Assembly: GCA_965223665.1 (NCBI GenBank) | Contig: OZ245011.1 | Location: 3,264,001-3,328,000 of the forward strand | Origin: Nitrospinaceae bacterium | Lineage (GTDB): Bacteria > Nitrospinota > Nitrospinia > Nitrospinales > Nitrospinaceae | Direction: 5' to 3' | DNA length: 64,000 bases | Shown: positions 60,815 to 64,000 of the stretch, piece by piece | Layout: each line of letters starts with the position of its first letter | Numbering within the stretch: position 1 is the stretch's first letter | Position numbers and translations under genes: made by a program | The notes under the pieces: generated by a model | Database searches by the model: none | What the model was told of the DNA's origin: nothing | Seen by the model: the letters and a program-made list of their open reading frames with translations, nothing else

Positions 60815-63730
60815 TTATTCGCCATGTTGGTAATAGTTGGAATTGGGTAAATTAGGGTCATTCCCGTAAAATGGGACTTGTTTGTTGTCGAATGGAATAG
60901 AAGGATTGGCGCTAGAGTTGCTTTCTGGTTCAAATAATTTTTTGGTATCTTCTCGATTGAAGACATCTGTCGAAGGTTTGGGTTTATAGGAAAAGATTTG
61001 GTTTTGGTTTAGGTCATAATAAAAAAGTTTTTCTTTTCTGGAAGGATCTCCAAATTTCTTTTCGTTTTTCTTATGAAGATCATCAAATGGAAAAGTATTT
61101 CTATTTAATAGTCTTGGAAATCGTTGGTGTCTCAAGTCTAAAAAGCGATACGCTTTATATTTGTCTTTTTGGGTGGTTAATCTTTTTATTTCATTTAATG
61201 TTAAAAATCTGGATTTTCCCTCTGGTAAAATGGTTTGTATGGGAATTCCATCAGAGGCGATCATTTGTTTAATTTGAAACTTGGGGAGGACTCTATTTTT
61301 GGTTTTTAGCTCTTCGAGAAAATGGTTTCCTTCTTCTACCATGAGTAAATTTGAATCGCCCTGGCCTGTCGCAGTTGTGTTTTCATGACAACCTTCGCAG
61401 GTGCGTCCCTTTGAGCGAATCGTATGTGGTGAGTGAGGGGTCATGATCAATCCTGGAGTACCCTTTTGGGTAATGGGAACACCTGCTCTTAATCGGGGGT
61501 TGGATGATTCCGGTTGAGTAATAAAAAATTGATACCGGGGTTTTAATATAGAATAATTATTCCTTTGGTTTTTCCCCAAAATTATTTTATCCCAAGTGGA
61601 CTCGGTAATTAAATTCCACCAAATTCCAGGTTTCCATTCTCCTGATATTCCGTTTAAATTAGATTTTGCGGTTCGCCAATTGATCATTCCAGGGGGATCT
61701 TGTTTTCCAGTAGAAATCCCTCCCTTTTGAATAAATTGTAAGGTTGGGTCTGCAAAACTCCAATCCTTCCATTTTTTCAAATTTACATCATTTTCTCGAA
61801 TTGAATGTAATCCCCATTCGCTGGCAGACCAACGGGCATGGCAGGCCGAGCATTCAACTTGGATCATATGTTTCGGAACCTGATGGCTTAAAGGCATAGA
61901 TTTGAGTTCCTTTAGTACAGGAATTTTATGTTCATTTCCTGTGACTTTTGAATATAAGATCCATTCTCCCTTCTTGTATAGGATATGAGGTAAAGGACTT
62001 CCATTGGGACCCGCCATGACGGTATCACCCATTTTAATTTTTTTCTTTAAGTTGGGATTGAGTTGATTTTTTTTAACTAGCTCTTCAGATTCCAAATCTG
62101 TTTCAATTAATTTATATCCCTCTGGGGGTTTGGAGTTGGTCCCATGGCATGTTTGACATCGAATTCCAATTGCGTCATGTTGTGTAGGGTAGGCGTTGGC
62201 ATTGGCTTTTATTTCATCCGAACTATGGCAATCAATGCAATGTAAACCCTTTTCTCGATGAATATCAGGAGTTAAAAACTCATGCTCACTTCCATATAAT
62301 ACGGGGTTATTTTTATCAGTAATTTGTCGAACAGGTTTATGTTCAGGTGGAAGTGCAAATAGTCCTTCATATTCATTGCCGACCCCGTTATGATTGTGGC
62401 AATGTTCACATTGAATACTGGGAATGGCCACTGTAAATTGATGAACTACCGGATAACCACGTGGATTTTTTAAGTTATTCATCGAGAAATTTTTTGAAAA
62501 TCGATTGCGATTTTTTTTTAATGAATCTTTTTGTGTTTTCTGAATAGCTCGATCACGGCTTAATGTAATTCCATCATTCGAATAAATCATATGACAACCC
62601 GCACATCCGGTTGCACGATAATCACCCGGTCGGTGCGGGGAAGGGCCCTGAAGATGGCACCGTAAGCATTTTTTTTCTAAAAAGTCATCAACAGGGTGTT
62701 TTTGACTTTGGTAAACCCAAGGAAAAGACAATAAATCATCTTCTCCATTTTCTTCTTCCTCAGAGGTTTTTTCCTTTGTTTTTTTGGCCTTCTTTTTAAC
62801 AGGAGTTTTGCTAATCTGGGTTTGAGGTTGTTCTAACGGAGGTGCTCCCCAGGCATTCCGGGTAGTTTCAATGAGGCCTCTATTGGTGGTCATTAAAGAA
62901 TTGGCCATTTTTTCAATTTGCTCTTCATGACATTTACCACAATATTTTGGAGCATTTTCTAAGTCTGAAGGGTTGGAAATCATTCCCTTATGAGCCTTTT
63001 TCATAGTCGAGGCTCTAGGGTTTCCTCCATGACATTTTTTACATTGAAAGGGGTGATTGGTGCTGATTTGCTCAATCCCTCTGTGGCAAATCAAACAACC
63101 TCCTTCATTATTGTCTAATAGGATTCTTCCAAACACATCTTCCAATTTGAAATTGGAATCCCTGTAGTAGTTTTCAATGAACCCCTTGGAGTCTATATAG
63201 GAATTAAAGCGCAGGCCGTCAATTGTTGTTCCTGGTCTTAAAGAATTTTCGCTATTTATTGCATTACCCCGAATATAAAAAAATGGATCGCGAAAATCCC
63301 CCGCATCAATTCTATCTTTTACCGGGGCGGGAGGGGTTTCTACCATTTTCTTTTCGAAGGTATCTTGCGATTGAGAACCAGGACTCGGTTCGGAAAAATT
63401 TTCAGATTCCGGTTGGGGAGAGGGAATGGGGGGAGTGTGGGTTTCGTCAAATGGACTTAAAGGATCAGGGTTAGTGTATTGCGAAATATCTGGAATATCA
63501 CCTTCGGTGGATTTTTCTTCTTCAAATACTTCTAAGGGTTCTTCTAAAGAATTTTCTTCTGGGTTTACTATGGGCTCGTCGGATGTTTTCTCTGATTTTT
63601 CTGGGACTTTAGGAAGAGAAAAAAAGTCGAATATACTTTCAGCATTAGGTTGAGAAACTAAAAGAACACAAAAGCAGAAAGAAAATAGAAATGATAAAGA
63701 AATTTTAGGTATCAAAGGTTTAATTTCCAA
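60815..63730 (-). CDS. Large multiheme cytochrome c (10 CxxCH), TTG start
   Basis: CLICH, CKKCH, CGKCH, CLRCH, CAGCH, CEHCH, CIDCH, CQTCH, CSACH, CEGCH; N-terminal signal sequence and acidic Pro-rich linker. Confidence 0.88.
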   Translation of the reverse strand: MEIKPLIPKISLSFLFSFCFCVLLVSQPNAESIFDFFSLPKVPEKSEKTSDEPIVNPEENSLEEPLEVFEEEKSTEGDIPDISQYTNPDPLSPFDETHTPPIPSPQPESENFSEPSPGSQSQDTFEKKMVETPPAPVKDRIDAGDFRDPFFYIRGNAINSENSLRPGTTIDGLRFNSYIDSKGFIENYYRDSNFKLEDVFGRILLDNNEGGCLICHRGIEQISTNHPFQCKKCHGGNPRASTMKKAHKGMISNPSDLENAPKYCGKCHEEQIEKMANSLMTTNRGLIETTRNAWGAPPLEQPQTQISKTPVKKKAKKTKEKTSEEEENGEDDLLSFPWVYQSQKHPVDDFLEKKCLRCHLQGPSPHRPGDYRATGCAGCHMIYSNDGITLSRDRAIQKTQKDSLKKNRNRFSKNFSMNNLKNPRGYPVVHQFTVAIPSIQCEHCHNHNGVGNEYEGLFALPPEHKPVRQITDKNNPVLYGSEHEFLTPDIHREKGLHCIDCHSSDEIKANANAYPTQHDAIGIRCQTCHGTNSKPPEGYKLIETDLESEELVKKNQLNPNLKKKIKMGDTVMAGPNGSPLPHILYKKGEWILYSKVTGNEHKIPVLKELKSMPLSHQVPKHMIQVECSACHARWSASEWGLHSIRENDVNLKKWKDWSFADPTLQFIQKGGISTGKQDPPGMINWRTAKSNLNGISGEWKPGIWWNLITESTWDKIILGKNQRNNYSILKPRYQFFITQPESSNPRLRAGVPITQKGTPGLIMTPHSPHTIRSKGRTCEGCHENTTATGQGDSNLLMVEEGNHFLEELKTKNRVLPKFQIKQMIASDGIPIQTILPEGKSRFLTLNEIKRLTTQKDKYKAYRFLDLRHQRFPRLLNRNTFPFDDLHKKNEKKFGDPSRKEKLFYYDLNQNQIFSYKPKPSTDVFNREDTKKLFEPESNSSANPSIPFDNKQVPFYGNDPNLPNSNYYQHGE

Positions 63731-63733
63731 AGA

Positions 63734-64000
63734 TTAACGTTTTCTTAAAATTTTTTTTCTTAAATTTCTGTGGGCATTTTTACGTTCAAACTTATAACTA
63801 GCTTTTAAATTTTTATAAATTGAGTCACCATATTTATCATGACATGGAATGCAATTTCCAACTTTTAATATTTTTGTGATTTCTTCTTGATTAAAAGGTC
63901 GCGCATTTACTTGGGAAGTGCCAGCGAGGGGCGATCCACTTAATCCAACTTTTGCATCCGGACTGAAAGGAGACTTGCCCTTGATTTTGTTAGATCGATT
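63734..64000 (-). CDS. C-terminus of another c-type cytochrome (runs off window end; not in ORF track)
   Basis: Open frame of 88 aa: ...ARPFNQEEITKILKVGNCIPCHDKYGDSIYKN...KR*; stop 3 nt before the next start. Confidence 0.85.
   Translation of the reverse strand, partial: NRSNKIKGKSPFSPDAKVGLSGSPLAGTSQVNARPFNQEEITKILKVGNCIPCHDKYGDSIYKNLKASYKFERKNAHRNLRKKILRKR

Overview
AT-rich chromosomal window from a diderm bacterium. Gene content and order (clpC-bamA-skp-fabZ-lpxA-lpxI-lpxB, apgM-like-lysC-cimA, glnB-glnA-glnE, multiheme cytochromes c) suggest a Nitrospinota or deltaproteobacteria-like lineage; this is inference only. It is mostly housekeeping: fmt/def, hldD, csp, rpsU, GH57, metH, ilvB, ppx, lptG, engB and two tRNAs. 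No CRISPR array, integrase, transposase or rRNA was seen. The most unusual element is a signalling locus at about 15.3-21.7 kb. A soluble pseudo-receiver/PAS histidine kinase and a DctD-like sigma54 activator precede a consensus sigma54 promoter and a cheA-cheW pair. The CheA carries a group I truncated (2/2) hemoglobin domain where the P2 domain normally lies, and no chemoreceptor or cheY is adjacent. Other notable items: an unannotated rpsU with an apparent AUU start and a sequestered SD, a terminator in the csp leader, a nested LysC beta-subunit start, two apparent pseudo-enzymes, tRNA-Arg(UCG), a His-rich Spy/CpxP-like protein and a four-gene cytochrome c cluster. All product calls come from motif recognition by eye; no database searches were run.
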